A stretch of DNA of 64,000 bases from Eledone cirrhosa (taxonomy: Eukaryota): positions 61,318,001 through 61,382,000 of the forward strand of contig OZ024745.1 in the NCBI GenBank assembly GCA_964016885.1. Direction: 5' to 3'. A program made the position numbers and the translations under genes. Below, one piece after another: positions 11,296-24,895 of this stretch (position 1 is its first letter; each line of letters starts with the position of its first letter). The notes beneath the pieces were generated by a model. It worked only from the letters and a program-made list of their open reading frames with translations. It searched no databases and had not been told where the DNA came from.

Positions 11296-13420
11296 CTATC
11301 CGTTAGGGTATAATGTGGGGCTGTAATACAGGAAAGTTTTGTGCAATTTATGTTTACAAGCCGAAATTGCCTCAGATTTTTTGTTTAAGATGTGGTCTTT
11401 GGCGTAGATTATTTCCAGGGCCTCAGCGGCGCAGAGGTCACATGGTCTTTTATTACCGTCATACGATCTAGCCCTAGCTAGGATCTCCCAGTGTAACTTA
11501 TATTGGGTGTTGTTGTCTTTTAGACTCCAGATATAAGCTGAACGTGACGTCATATTCCTTCTTAGAGGGTAACGAAAAGAATGGGTATGCATGTAAAGAC
11601 GCTGCTTGAATCTATTGGCGGTTAACCCTATGTAGGCCCTACGGGACGTGGGTGTTTCAACCTTACATTTGTAGACAATGTTACTAGAGAGGCATTTACC
11701 GGATAGGGGCAGTCAACCCGATTCCTACAATTACAGTTAGTACTAACTACAGGGTTGCACGTGTTCCTACGGCTAGGTAGTTTAGCTAAATTTGAAGCTG
11801 TGATGTTATGTGCAAGGTTAGGAGTCGTAGAGTAAGAAATTTTAATAGTATTTCTATTAAAAATTTTACTATATTTATGTGTAGGGGGAAAATGCTTCGT
11901 AATAAGGGAGAGAAAGATCTTAGCTAATGGTATGGCCACCTCCATATTATATGGTGGGTTATACCATATAATGCATCGGGATCTATTTCTTCTAGGTCTA
12001 TTCTCGTACTCTGTATATGCTATCTTATCGACAAATCCACTCCGAGCAAGAGCTTCATTGTAATATGTGGAATGGTCGTTGAAAATGTGCTCGTTAGTAG
12101 ATAGACGGGAAAGCCTCAAAGAAACGTTTCTTACCAGGTTCTTAGTTATGCTGGCAGGATGGTTAGAATGCTTACTTATGTAATTAAGCGTATCATTCGG
12201 CTTTCTATACCGGTAATACAAGCCATTCGATAAATTGAGGGTAACGTCGAGGTAATTAACGACCGAGAGGTTGGCCTCAACCTGTATAGAGAGGTTGAAG
12301 CCTTTAAAGAAGGCTGCGAGTCTTTTCTGAACCTGTCGCAAGCACGTGGGCCGCACCTAGTCATGGTCAAAAGACCATCATCACGGTACAAACCGCCGCC
12401 CACGTTGGCGAATTCGCTTTGATAGAGAAAAGAAGGAAAAGGCCGATAAGATCAGAAACCTCCGCAGAATCGCTGGTGCCCATACTTACGTCGAATGGGG
12501 TACTATTAGGTTTTTTAATCCAAATAGAGTCGTCGAAATTAATCACCGACTTACAGGCATTGAGGATGACATTAACTTCGAAATCCTTAACCACTGTGAG
12601 TGTTTTAGCGAAATTGATAGCTCTAAGGAGTAGTGGTAAAGTGATGGAGGAGTAGTAATTATTGATGTCGAATTGGATAAAACGGCAATGTTCCTTGTTG
12701 CATATGCAGTTGAACCAATCAATCACCGCGAAAGAATTGTTCCACAGTGCAAGAGGGGCCAAACTTCTAATTTTAGGTATAACTCTATCAAGAATCCTTT
12801 TACTAAGTCTACCTAAATCGGGCTTTGTAGGGTTAATAAGCCGAATAGAAGGGTTGTTCGGAAAATTGAATTTGTGATCCTTCAGAGTAAAATGGGGAGA
12901 AATATGGTCCAGAGGTTCAGTCCCGTCCAGGATGTTGAGATCAGAGGTGATTTTAAACCCAGCATCGTTGATTTCATTAATTACGCACCGATTAGTTTTA
13001 CGGTAATCCTTAGTTACGGCATTATGTAGTAGTTGATGGTAAGTACTGCGCTCCACTTGATATAGATTGCCAGTTTTGCTGGAATGGACGTGCACGGCAT
13101 TAGAATCCTTAATAGAACGAATTCTATTCTTCAGGTCCTGTTGGAAGTAATTGCTCCTATTCCGAAATTTGATACTCCGTATGAGTTCCAAGACATCATT
13201 TTCGAAGGGTAGCAATGTTGGGTTACACGGAACGTTATTATAGGTTTTAAACCCAAATTTATCCTGTTTGTTGTCTGCTTTTCCCTGATTATTGAAATAA
13301 AAGGCACGCCAACGCAACCTTTTAATGAACGCGTCTGTTTTCTGTATCAGGAGTTTTAGGTGTTTTCCTGCTTGGTACGGGTATGTTCTTTGTAGAAATA
13401 TTCAGATGTTGTTTCTGCAT
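11296..13420 (-). pseudogene. PLE polyprotein (RT + Cys-rich linker + GIY-YIG endonuclease), ~708 codons, four frameshifts
   Basis: Stitched: MQKQHLNISTKNIPVPS..FIKRLRWRAF..FIQFDINNYY..MGTSDSAEVSDLIG..GLYRDDGL..CNCRNRVDCP(L)SGKC..NIVYKC..AYIGLT..FKQRLYMH..CDLC..CKH; shifts near 13363, 12413, 12325 and 11707. Confidence 0.9.
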
Positions 13421-13501
13421 GATGAATATAAGTCAATAGAGTGCTCAACCAAGGGAGCCAAATAGTAATAATAATAAATTAGTCTTCAAATTTATTATTA
13501 T

Positions 13502-13813
<312 letters not shown>

Positions 13814-14129
13814 ATTATATATGTATATATTTTATATATATATATATTATATATGTATATATTTTATATATATATATAATATATATATATTATATATGCA
13901 TATATTTTATATATATATATATATAGTATTAGTTATACTATTTATGGTTATGTAAACACAAAACCTTAAGCAGTTGTAAGTATTTTACACACACCCTAAA
14001 TAGTGGTAGGCAGTAATGTATTACTACCTTATTACCAGTAAGTTAAGTAGCTCAATGTAAAAACATCAGATGATTTACAGAGCAGTTATATGAAATATAA
14101 GAATCAAAGAACTGTTCAAAACATTATTG

Positions 14130-14176
14130 TGCTTACAGCTGTTTCCTCCAAACCGAGGTTTGGATTCTTCGGAGCA
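14130..14176 (-). ncRNA. Variant hammerhead ribozyme, inverted copy of 19424-19470
   Basis: Exact reverse complement of 19424-19470. Confidence 0.7.
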
Positions 14177-15670
14177 ATTTATTAATGCATGGACAGTTAT
14201 ATGACCTCCTTTTCAGCCGAGAGACATACCAATACATATTCAAACATTGATACATATTCAAACATTGTGGGTCAACATTCATTACAGAATTTAGAGTGGC
14301 AGTACACACTTCGAGATTACATTTATATTAATAGGTACAATCAAAAATCAAAGATATAGGTTAAAGTACAACATGAAGATAAGTGGTTATATAGTGCAAA
14401 TGTTATATGTGTGGCACGCATGTGCGTCTTGTTTATATAGTGTGGCAGAGAGATATGTGTGGTAGAGGCACTTAGGTAGGTAAATAAGAGTGTTAGGTTG
14501 GTAGATCTGGTGGCAAAGTCTTTATATGATTGATGTAGTCTGTGTGTGGAGAAATATTATAAGCATTAAAGATAGTGCAAGCATTAAAAGTGTTATAAGT
14601 ATTGGAGATGCACAGCGCAGGGATGTCAAGTAATTCATGTACTTCGGCATTTTCATGGTCAAGGGAGTGTATATTTCGATTATATGCCTTTCACATAATC
14701 CACGACAATCCAGTTAGAGATCGTAGTCTGGTGTTCTTTAGTTCGATACAGGAGGTTGTTACGTTTCGAGAAACGCCATTGAATACCGGAAGAGTGTGTG
14801 TGGCTAAGGGGAGTTAATGCATGCGGGGAGGTAACTCTGGGGTTTCCATATCTAGCCATTAAAATGTGTCCCAATATAGACCCTAAAATTCTATGGTGAG
14901 GTGCACCTTCCAAGAGAGACTTTTAAAGCATAAAGTGTACTAACTATAGAGTAGTTTAACTAAATTATGCTGAAGGTGATCATATTATTATTAAGGTGGA
15001 TTAACCCATCATAAGGTGCTACAAATGGAAATTATAGATGATGAGCGAGGATTCTAAATTAATGATCTCTGTGGTTGTAGTCTGCTCATATGGCCAGGCG
15101 CGGTGATTGCAGGATTGCTTCAGGACCCAATGATCTCTGGTAAGATCTGGGTCATCACTTGCTACATTGGATGTCGAAAGATAATCGTCCCCAGGCAGGC
15201 CAAAGGTCAATCCGCAGTCCTCGCGACCCCTCTCTGACCGTCAGATCATCCATATACGTACAACCCGCACGGCAGTTGCATTGCATTCACTCACTGCGCT
15301 CCGCAGCCCGGTCCTACTGGTCAACAGCGCTAATCGATTAAATCATTTTACATCTGTCTAAGGAAGGTGTTTCCTCTGCCCAACACCATCCAACCGATCA
15401 ATTCATGCTCAAATTACCCTTAGAGCGGTGTAGTGCCGTCCAAGTGGGTGGATGTTGTCACACCTGCCGTAGAGGTATAAATGGGTATTTTCCCTGCGAA
15501 GGGTTCCAGAGGGATGTCGTTGTTTGTGTTATAATGGATCAGCTAGTGTTGGGTATGTAGTATAGGGTGTGTCTCTGGTGTTTGATGCTAGATGTGGTGT
15601 TAGGTTCCAGTCCGACATTGCTATATATAGGGCTTAAAGTTTCCATTATGATAGAAACAAATCTAACAAC

Positions 15671-17977
15671 TTGAATAATACTAACAATTTTGACTCCTTC
15701 GGCTTTAAAACCTTTAAAAGCCCCCCTCATAACACTCTACTTAACTCCTTTGAAAATGACCTAGTTAAACTAGTTAAGAACATTAAATACAATAAGCACC
15801 ATATTAGAAGCAACACCTTCCTAAACAAACTTAACACTTCTATTAGTGGATTCAAAACTAGTAATAAAATTATTGTACACGCAGATAAAACTAATAACAT
15901 ATACAGCCTAGATTATATTACTTATAGAAAGTTTATATATAATGAACTACATAAAAGCTACAAAAAAACCACCTTGAAAAACTTAGAAGATATTAATGTA
16001 GAGGGTTATAATATAGTGTCTAAACTAGGACTACAGAGGCATACACAACCTTTCACTCCGAACCCCCCTAGATTCTCTCTGAAGGACCATAAGGAGAACT
16101 TCATCAGCAACCCCACGATAAGACTTATCTGCCCTTCCAAGTCCGACATTGGTATTATCAGCAAGAAGATTTTGGATAAAATCATCCCACAAATTAAACA
16201 CAAGATACACCTTAAACAATGGGGAAATACGGGTGAAGTAATTGAATGGTTTAAGGATATCAAGAATAATAAGAACAAAAAATTTGTTCAATTTGATATC
16301 AATTCATACTACACCTCTATTTCCCCTATCCTATTAAATAAGGCACTTATCATGGCCATGGCCAATAGCGACCTGACTAGAGCCCAGGTTGATGTCATCC
16401 TTGCGGCCCGTAAAACCATAATCACCTTCGAGGACCAACTATGGACACGCAAGGATACGCACAACAACTTCGACATAACCATGGGATCTAGTGACTCGGC
16501 GCAGGTCACTGATTTGGTCGGCCTATACCTCCTCAATGAAATCCATAAAGACCTCCCTTACCTCAACGGTGGTTTGTACCGCGATGATGCACTTCTACTC
16601 ATAGAATATAAAAAATTTAATATAGAAAGAACTAGAAAACAACTGCATAAGACATTCAAAAACTTTAACCTTAGTATCACCATGGACAAAAACACTAAAA
16701 ATGTTAACTTCCTAGACGCCACACTATACCTAGACTCAAAAATATATACACCTTTCCATAAGCCTAATGAGAAACTTATTTACGTAGATACCAAGTCTAA
16801 TCACCCTAGATCAATATTAAACTCTATCTCTAAGGGGGTGTCCAATAGAATCTCTAGTCTGTCCTATAACGCAAACATATTTAGCAAAAACTCACAATAT
16901 TATAATCAAGCATTAGCTAGCTCCGGCCATAATATAGAAATTGAGTTCCTACCTAAGAAAACACATAGCTACAACATCATCTCGCACAACATGTCCATGA
17001 GGAAATCTAATAATAGGAATAGCAACCACAAGTGCACCAAAGCGGAGGGTGCCACCGGAAGTAACCATTACCATGGAAACTACTGTGAGGCCTTAGGAGG
17101 AAGCAACACACCAAACACTAAAAGCAAAAATAGAAGAAGAAATAATACATTTTTCAACCCTCCTTTCAACCTAAATGTCTCCACCAACATACCTAGGGCT
17201 TTCTTCTCACTACTAGATAAAAACTTCCCTCTAGGACACAAGTACCACAACCTCTTAAACAAAAACACCATTAAAATCTCTTACTCTACGACGCCTAACT
17301 TAGCATACCACATAGCTAGCAGCAATAATAGTAAAATTAGTTCTTACTTCCAACAAACAAAATCACAACGGGATGCAAACCCTCTAAATACCACTGTAGC
17401 AAGCAACAATAGCAACGGCAGTAACAATAGAAATAACACTAGTATAAGTAATAACACCAGGGTTGTCAACCCGAACACCCAAAATCCTATATCCACCACA
17501 CAGACTTCCGCATTGCATTATAACCAGCGGACTAACGCACAGAATAATTGTAACTGTAGAGCTAATAGAACCTGCCCTTTAGATAAAAAATGCCTAACCA
17601 AGGATGTCATATACTCATGCACAGTCACGACTAATAACTCTTCAGAAACCTATGTAGGCTCCACTTCTAACTGCTTCAAAATCAGATATAACTCGCACAT
17701 CCACTCGTTCAAAAAGCACAGCCTAGCCAACTCCACCTCACTTTCTAGCTACATACACTATCTAAAATCTAAAAATAAACCATACACACTCAAATGGGAA
17801 GTGATAGGCAGCGCGACCTCGTACAAACCACCTAATAAATTCTGTAACCTCTGTATACTAGAGACACACAATATTATCTTCTCCAACCGTAACCTACTTA
17901 ACAAAAAATCTGAGGTGTTTGCAACTTGCCAGCACCGCCTCAGACATTCCTTCCAAAACTTTAAGCCCTATATATAG
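15671..17977 (+). CDS. PLE reverse transcriptase-GIY-YIG endonuclease polyprotein, N-terminally truncated (open frame from 15638, no native ATG)
   Basis: FVQFDINSYY, MGSSDSAQVTDLVG, GLYRDDAL, CNCRANRTCPLDKKC, DVIYSC..TYVGST..FKIRYNSH, CNLCILE, CQH; homologous to the PLE1 ORF. Confidence 0.92.
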   Translation: MNNTNNFDSFGFKTFKSPPHNTLLNSFENDLVKLVKNIKYNKHHIRSNTFLNKLNTSISGFKTSNKIIVHADKTNNIYSLDYITYRKFIYNELHKSYKKTTLKNLEDINVEGYNIVSKLGLQRHTQPFTPNPPRFSLKDHKENFISNPTIRLICPSKSDIGIISKKILDKIIPQIKHKIHLKQWGNTGEVIEWFKDIKNNKNKKFVQFDINSYYTSISPILLNKALIMAMANSDLTRAQVDVILAARKTIITFEDQLWTRKDTHNNFDITMGSSDSAQVTDLVGLYLLNEIHKDLPYLNGGLYRDDALLLIEYKKFNIERTRKQLHKTFKNFNLSITMDKNTKNVNFLDATLYLDSKIYTPFHKPNEKLIYVDTKSNHPRSILNSISKGVSNRISSLSYNANIFSKNSQYYNQALASSGHNIEIEFLPKKTHSYNIISHNMSMRKSNNRNSNHKCTKAEGATGSNHYHGNYCEALGGSNTPNTKSKNRRRNNTFFNPPFNLNVSTNIPRAFFSLLDKNFPLGHKYHNLLNKNTIKISYSTTPNLAYHIASSNNSKISSYFQQTKSQRDANPLNTTVASNNSNGSNNRNNTSISNNTRVVNPNTQNPISTTQTSALHYNQRTNAQNNCNCRANRTCPLDKKCLTKDVIYSCTVTTNNSSETYVGSTSNCFKIRYNSHIHSFKKHSLANSTSLSSYIHYLKSKNKPYTLKWEVIGSATSYKPPNKFCNLCILETHNIIFSNRNLLNKKSEVFATCQHRLRHSFQNFKPYI

Positions 17978-19423
17978 CAATGTCGGACTGGAACCTAACA
18001 CCACATCTAGCATCAAACACCAGAGACACACCCTATACTACATACCCAACACTAGCTGATCCATTATAACACAAACAACGACATCCCTCTGGAACCCTTC
18101 GCAGGGAAAATACCCATTTATACCTCTACGGCAGGTGTGACAACATCCACCCACTTGGACGGCACTACACCGCTCTAAGGGTAATTTGAGCATGAATTGA
18201 TCGGTTGGATGGTGTTGGGCAGAGGAAACACCTTCCTTAGACAGATGTAAAATGATTTAATCGATTAGCGCTGTTGACCAGTAGGACCGGGCTGCGGAGC
18301 GCAGTGAGTGAATGCAATGCAACTGCCGTGCGGGTTGTACGTATATGGATGATCTGACGGTCAGAGAGGGGTCGCGAGGACTGCGGATTGACCTTTGGCC
18401 TGCCTGGGGACGATTATCTTTCGACATCCAATGTAGCAAGTGATGACCCAGATCTTACCAGAGATCATTGGGTCCTGAAGCAATCCTGCAATCACCGCGC
18501 CTGGCCATATGAGCAGACTACAACCACAGAGATCATTAATTTAGAATCCTCGCTCATCATCTATAATTTCCATTTGTAGCACCTTATGATGGGTTAATCC
18601 ACCTTAATAATAATATGATCACCTTCAGCATAATTTAGTTAAACTACTCTATAGTTAGTACACTTTATGCTTTAAAAGTCTCTCTTGGAAGGTGCACCTC
18701 ACCATAGAATTTTAGGGTCTATATTGGGACACATTTTAATGGCTAGATATGGAAACCCCAGAGTTACCTCCCCGCATGCATTAACTCCCCTTAGCCACAC
18801 ACACACTCTTCCGGTATTCAATGGCGTTTCTCGAAACGTAACAACCTCCTGTATCGAACTAAAGAACACCAGACTACGATCTCTAACTGGATTGTCGTGG
18901 ATTATGTGAAAGGCATATAATCGAAATATACACTCCCTTGACCATGAAAATGCCGAAGTACATGAATTACTTGACATCCCTGCGCTGTGCATCTCCAATA
19001 CTTATAACACTTTTAATGCTTGCACTATCTTTAATGCTTATAATATTTCTCCACACACAGACTACATCAATCATATAAAGACTTTGCCACCAGATCTACC
19101 AACCTAACACTCTTATTTACCTACCTAAGTGCCTCTACCACACATATCTCTCTGCCACACTATATAAACAAGACGCACATGCGTGCCACACATATAACAT
19201 TTGCACTATATAACCACTTATCTTCATGTTGTACTTTAACCTATATCTTTGATTTTTGATTGTACCTATTAATATAAATGTAATCTCGAAGTGTGTACTG
19301 CCACTCTAAATTCTGTAATGAATGTTGACCCACAATGTTTGAATATGTATCAATGTTTGAATATGTATTGGTATGTCTCTCGGCTGAAAAGGAGGTCATA
19401 TAACTGTCCATGCATTAATAAAT

Positions 19424-19470
19424 TGCTCCGAAGAATCCAAACCTCGGTTTGGAGGAAACAGCTGTAAGCA
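19424..19470 (+). ncRNA. Variant type I hammerhead ribozyme (CCGAAGA core) in the PLE2 3' end
   Basis: TGCT-CCGAAGA-aTCCAAACCtcGGTTTGGAg-GAAAC-AGCT-GTA-AGCA; same strand as the ORF. Confidence 0.72.
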
Positions 19471-19517
19471 CAATAATGTTTTGAACAGTTCTTTGATTCT
19501 TATATTTCATATATTTC

Positions 19518-19595
<78 letters not shown>

Positions 19596-19605
19596 GTATA
19601 TATTT

Positions 19606-19681
<76 letters not shown>

Positions 19682-19882
19682 ATATATGTCTATATTATAT
19701 ATATATATATATATTATATATGTGTATATTATATATATATATATATATGTATATTATATATATATTATATATGTATATATTATATATATATATATTATAT
19801 ATATATTATATATGTAATATATTATATATATATATATTATATATACATTATATATGTATATATTATATATATATATATATAA

Positions 19883-20343
19883 ATGTATAGAAATTTCGTA
19901 TTTCTAAAGAAACACGGTTTTGGGAAGCCGTAGCTATGCAAACACCGGGGCTAACGCCCTCTAGTGGTGTCCAGTAGAAGCAAGGGGGACAACCGTCTAT
20001 GCATTTTAGGCTTGACTGGCCTTCTTTAGGACGGCCCCTCCCTTCGCTCTGCAACTGCTGGACATGAAAACAGTCGTGAATATACAGTTTTCTCGTCTGT
20101 GTAAATGAGGTGATTAACCTCATTTGCATATGAAGCGTTTTCATATATTCTCGACTGTTTCAAGTCCAGCAGTTGCAAGCGGCGGGAGGGACCGTCTTGA
20201 AGAAGGCCAGTCAAGACTGAAATGCATAGACGCTTGTCTTCCTTGCTTCTGCTGGACGCCACCAGAGGGCGTAAGCCCCGGTGCTTGCATAGCTACGGCT
20301 TCTCAAAACAATGTTTCTTTAGAAATAGGAAATTTCTATACAT
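19883..20343. mobile_element. ~460-bp imperfect palindrome (MITE-like fold-back)
   Basis: Arms align end to end with scattered substitutions; apex near 20113; TA flanks. Confidence 0.75.
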
Positions 20344-20469
20344 ATTTGTATAACGCTATGATACTTGAAGAGAAATCCTATATATATATATAATCCTATA
20401 TATATATATATTATATATATATATAATATATATATATAGGATTATATATATATAGGATTTCTCTTCAAG

Positions 20470-20500
<31 letters not shown>

Positions 20501-20546
20501 TAATATATATATATAATATATATATTATATATATGATATATATAGT

Positions 20547-20633
<87 letters not shown>

Positions 20634-20722
20634 TATATTATATATATAATATATATATATATAATATAATGTCCAGAAATAGCCGTCGGAACGGCTTGAG
20701 CTCTGCCGTCGGAGTCATACTT

Positions 20723-20790
<68 letters not shown>

Positions 20791-20791
<1 letters not shown>

Positions 20792-21732
20792 CTCTATATA
20801 TAAAACTGAGGATGTCAGTCTGTGTGTGTGTGTGAGTTTGAATCACTAAAACTCGAGAACCACCCAATCCACTGTTTTCAAACTTTACACATCTAATACT
20901 TATGTATCAGGGAGTGTTCTGAGCAAAAAAATTTCTGAGCAATCAAAATTTTCAATGTCCTAGGGACCGCATTAGGCGATTTAGCGATCTCTCTCTATAA
21001 TTCTTAGTCTTTCTCTTTTTAGATAGATACATACATATAACGTCGCGCCCTTACAATATCTGTCTGTATGCCTGACTGTCTGCATTATGTCACTTCCCTG
21101 AGGATGTCTGTCAGTGTGTTTGTGTGTGTGTGTGTGTGTGTTTGTGAGTTTGAATCCTTAAAACTCGAGAAGTACCCAACCGATTTTTTCAAACTTTACA
21201 TGTGTATTACTTATATTTCAGGGAGTGTTATGCACATAAAAAATGCAACTTTTTGATCCACTAGGTGAAAAACTGCATTTCTTCAGGTTTTTAGGGTTTT
21301 TTTTGAGTCGTTACGTCAGACTGATTTCCTTGAAATTGTAACTATGTATTAGTCAGTCTATTCTTCATACCGTGAGCAAAGAAAATCCAACTTTTTTTAT
21401 GGCCTAGGGCTCGCATTAGGTGAAAAACTTCCTTTGTTCAGCTTTTTAGAACTTTTTGAGACGTTACGTTTCGCCGATTTTCCCGAAATTTCAAGGCATA
21501 TTATGCACATAAAAAAAAATTATTTTCTTGATCCACTAGGGCCCGCATTAGATGAAAACCTGCATTTTTCCTGCTTCATCGAGAAAAAATCTTAAAGATT
21601 ATCCAGCCATCAGAGTATTCGGTTTATTTTCTTTACATATTGTCCACGCATGCAGTTTTTCCACGATTAGGTTTGTTGGCGGCCCGCTTTCCAAAATACC
21701 TTATCCCGTGCAACGCCGGGTACCACTGCTAG
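20791..21732 (+). mobile_element. Non-autonomous Helitron
   Basis: 5' TC (TCtctatatataaaac), 3' hairpin cccgtgcaacgccggg followed by CTAG; inserted between A and T. Confidence 0.8.
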
Positions 21733-21838
21733 TATATATATATATATTATATATATATATTATATATATATATATTATATATATATATTATATATATATA
21801 TATTATATATATATAATATACATATATATATATATAAT

Positions 21839-22354
21839 ATAAGATCAAAAGATGGTTAAAAGAGTTCCAAGTATTTTATTATGCGCATTTCAAAAACAAA
21901 TATCAACATGGGATGTTATTTGCCTTCTCATCAGATAAAATAGGGAGACATGATATGAAGCTTAAAAAACACTTGCGATCAGTGAAATGTTAAATCAACA
22001 TATGAAAAATAAAGTAAGATGGATATATGAGATTGGGAAAAAAAGGAGGGGGGAGGGGTAGGAAAAGGTAAGGAAGAGGAAGAAAGAAAATAAAGGATGA
22101 CAGGGTAGGAGTATAAGAAGGAAGGATGAGAGAGGAGGAGAAATGAGTGATAGAGAGAGAGAAATAGCCTTTACAACTGAGAAAACATTGTCTTACAGAG
22201 AGAAAGTAAAAAACCGTTGAAAGATGATAGATAATATAAAAAGATTTTGAAATTAAAAGTTAATGAGGTTTATGAATGGTCAACAGGCTGCGGTTCGCAC
22301 ACACATCCCTGCTGACCATTATCACAACAACGAACCTCCTTACTACTACTACTA

Positions 22355-22396
<42 letters not shown>

Positions 22397-22840
22397 TTGT
22401 TTTGAAAGACTTATTTTTCAGTGACTTCTCAATCAGCCGACACAAACCTACATTTGGCGCAAAATCAATTTTTAACATTCACATGACCTCTACCGACCAA
22501 TCAAAATTGTTTTGACCACAAGAATTTTTGCAACACGAATTGGCGCGAAACTTATTTTAATACCTCTGGAGCCACTTTTTTCACATAAAAACAGGTAGAA
22601 TTTCCAAAACTAACCAGATTAGAGCAAACATCACGGACGCTCTATCTCAAAATTATTTTTGAAAAGCATTAGAAATGCGCAACCGGTAAAACTTAAAACC
22701 AAAACTGAATACTAACCAATACTATTACTAATTTTCACTTATTCCTAATTAAACTATTTCTCACTGGGAACAATTTGTCAGCATTTTCTTTTCCGTTTAC
22801 CAATATATCATAACTCGTGTGTTACACCTCTATTCTTTTA

Positions 22841-22841
<1 letters not shown>
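21839..22841 (-). mobile_element. HHR-bearing non-autonomous element
   Basis: TA flanks, HHR near one end, other end shared with 7209-7446. Confidence 0.6.
21873..21941 (-). ncRNA. Type I hammerhead ribozyme
   Basis: Minus strand: ATTTTAT-CTGATGA-GAAGGCAAATA...TATTTGTTTTT-GAAA-TGCGCA-TA-ATAAAAT. Confidence 0.85.
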
Positions 22842-22878
<37 letters not shown>

Positions 22879-22907
22879 CATGCCCATATGTTTATTGTGT
22901 GTACGTA

Positions 22908-22945
<38 letters not shown>

Positions 22946-22946
<1 letters not shown>

Positions 22947-23890
22947 TAGCAGAAGTACCCGGCGTTGCCCGGGTGTAAGTCGAACTTTAGTCTGTTAGAA
23001 TGTGTGAAAGTTACTTCCCGCGCATCACAGGTTCAAAACTTCGAACTTCAATGGAAAAAAATAGGTTAGTAGACACGGGTGTGTAATTTATTAATTGTAG
23101 TTACACAGTGTATCGTTGAAATTGTTCTCTGCACGACTGACGGAAGTCAAAATCGCTTGATATTGAATTTTCAGTTAATTTAAAGCAGGGTGAAAATGTC
23201 GATTACTTTGAGGGTTTTTTTTTTTTACAATTTTTGCGCTCACATGTGCAGAAGAAGAATTAAAAGGGCCTTTATCTTAACCGCGGCATAATGGCGAGTC
23301 TTTTGTGACAGTTTTCAAGAATATAGGACGTTCCTGTAAAAAGTTTTCCTATGTGTAACTTTGCCTTGTTTTTTTGCGCAAAGTCGAGCCCCGCTTCAGT
23401 TTTATTGATTTTTTACATCAATGCGTGATCTCTGAAGTAGATTTGAGTAGCTAAAAACCTGTCCCGGTAAATTTGCTATAGGTGAAAAAAAGTTGATCAA
23501 AATTGTATCTAGGGTTATTGCCCTTTGCCACAGCCTCAAGCCTCGTCTGACGGGATGTTGGTGATTCCTCCGTCAGCGACTTGTTCTTCTTTTTGGTAAA
23601 TATCATCTTGGTTAAGAGAGTGGGACTGGCTTTGTGCAGTGCCTTTGCTCACTATAAAAGCTTCACGGCACAGGCATTGCTTTGTATCTGGAGATCTCTC
23701 TGCACTTGTCGTCACATGGTACCATGGGCCCAGCACTATGTGTCAGTAATTGTCACAAGTGTAGTGTTTTTACCAGAGTTTTCAAGTCGTTGGCTGGACT
23801 AAAAAGTCACACTCGTTCAGCGCATCGGTAGGGGTTCTCCTACATGGATATAAAGTAGTGGCCGTACTCGAAAACGAGTTGGAAGCCACC
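22946..23890 (-). mobile_element. Helitron 3' portion (5' boundary uncertain)
   Basis: aCTAGcagaagtacccggcgttgcccggg terminus, same type as 21732, 39209 and 51872. Confidence 0.65.
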
Positions 23891-23929
<39 letters not shown>

Positions 23930-23931
<2 letters not shown>

Positions 23932-24130
23932 GATTTCTAATTGAGGCACACAGCCAGCAATTTGTTGAGAGGTGAAAGTCGATTACATCGATCTTAGTAC
24001 TTAACTGGTACATTATTTCATCAACATCGGAAGGATGAAAGGCAAAGTTGACCTCTGCGGGATTTGAACACGGCGGGATTTGAATGAAAAATAGCTAGAA
24101 GGAATACCGCAAAGCATTCTAGGCGACGTT
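23930..24130 (-). mobile_element. SINE copy (diverged)
   Basis: aaggatgaaaggcaaagttgacctc..gggatttgaac core. Confidence 0.75.
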
Positions 24131-24302
24131 TAACCGATATTTCGTCGTTTATATATAAATCATAAAAGCAATAATTGAGGTAACAGCTATATAACAGGCA
24201 GTTTTTATCTCTCTCCATCCTTCCATTACTCAAAACAGATTTAATGGTAGTAGTAGAATTTTTATTCTAAACATATGGTGGTTGCACCAACGATTCTTTT
24301 CT

Positions 24303-24351
<49 letters not shown>

Positions 24352-24395
24352 TATATATATATATATATGTATTTATGTATGTATGTATACGTATT

Positions 24396-24490
<95 letters not shown>

Positions 24491-24529
24491 GTATATATAT
24501 ATATATATATATATACATACATAAATGTG

Positions 24530-24664
<135 letters not shown>

Positions 24665-24822
24665 GTATGCGTATGTCTGTTCATTTCGTGAATCTCAGCA
24701 ATGAAGCCACTTGAAACGGGCAGTAACATCCTGCTTAATATTGTTTGTTCAGTCATTTGAACATATCTGCTCAACAACTACATTGGATACATTCGACTAA
24801 GTTCTTTTAACATCTTATATAA

Positions 24823-24895
<73 letters not shown>

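Larger units (their letters stand above)
10118..13505 (-). mobile_element. Penelope-like element 1 (Naiad-like), essentially full length, inserted in (TA)n
   Basis: RT + GIY-YIG ORF, 3' UTR ending in an HHR, TA microsatellite on both sides. Confidence 0.9.
13925..19513 (+). mobile_element. Penelope-like element 2 (Naiad-like): 5'-truncated ORF flanked by a ~1.55-kb inverted repeat
   Basis: ~14088-15642 is the near-perfect reverse complement of ~17957-19513; TA tracts on both sides. Confidence 0.92.

Noticed and set aside
14602-15341. Small ORFs duplicated at 18257-18998
   Set aside because: Products of the inverted repeat; no recognisable domains
13925-19513. DNA transposon with long TIRs
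   Set aside because: The encoded protein is RT + GIY-YIG, not a transposase, and the inverted arm truncates the ORF
23536-23736. AFIVSKGTAQSQS as a Helitron helicase motif (FAMTINKSQGQ)
   Set aside because: Similarity too weak and not supported by neighbouring motifs
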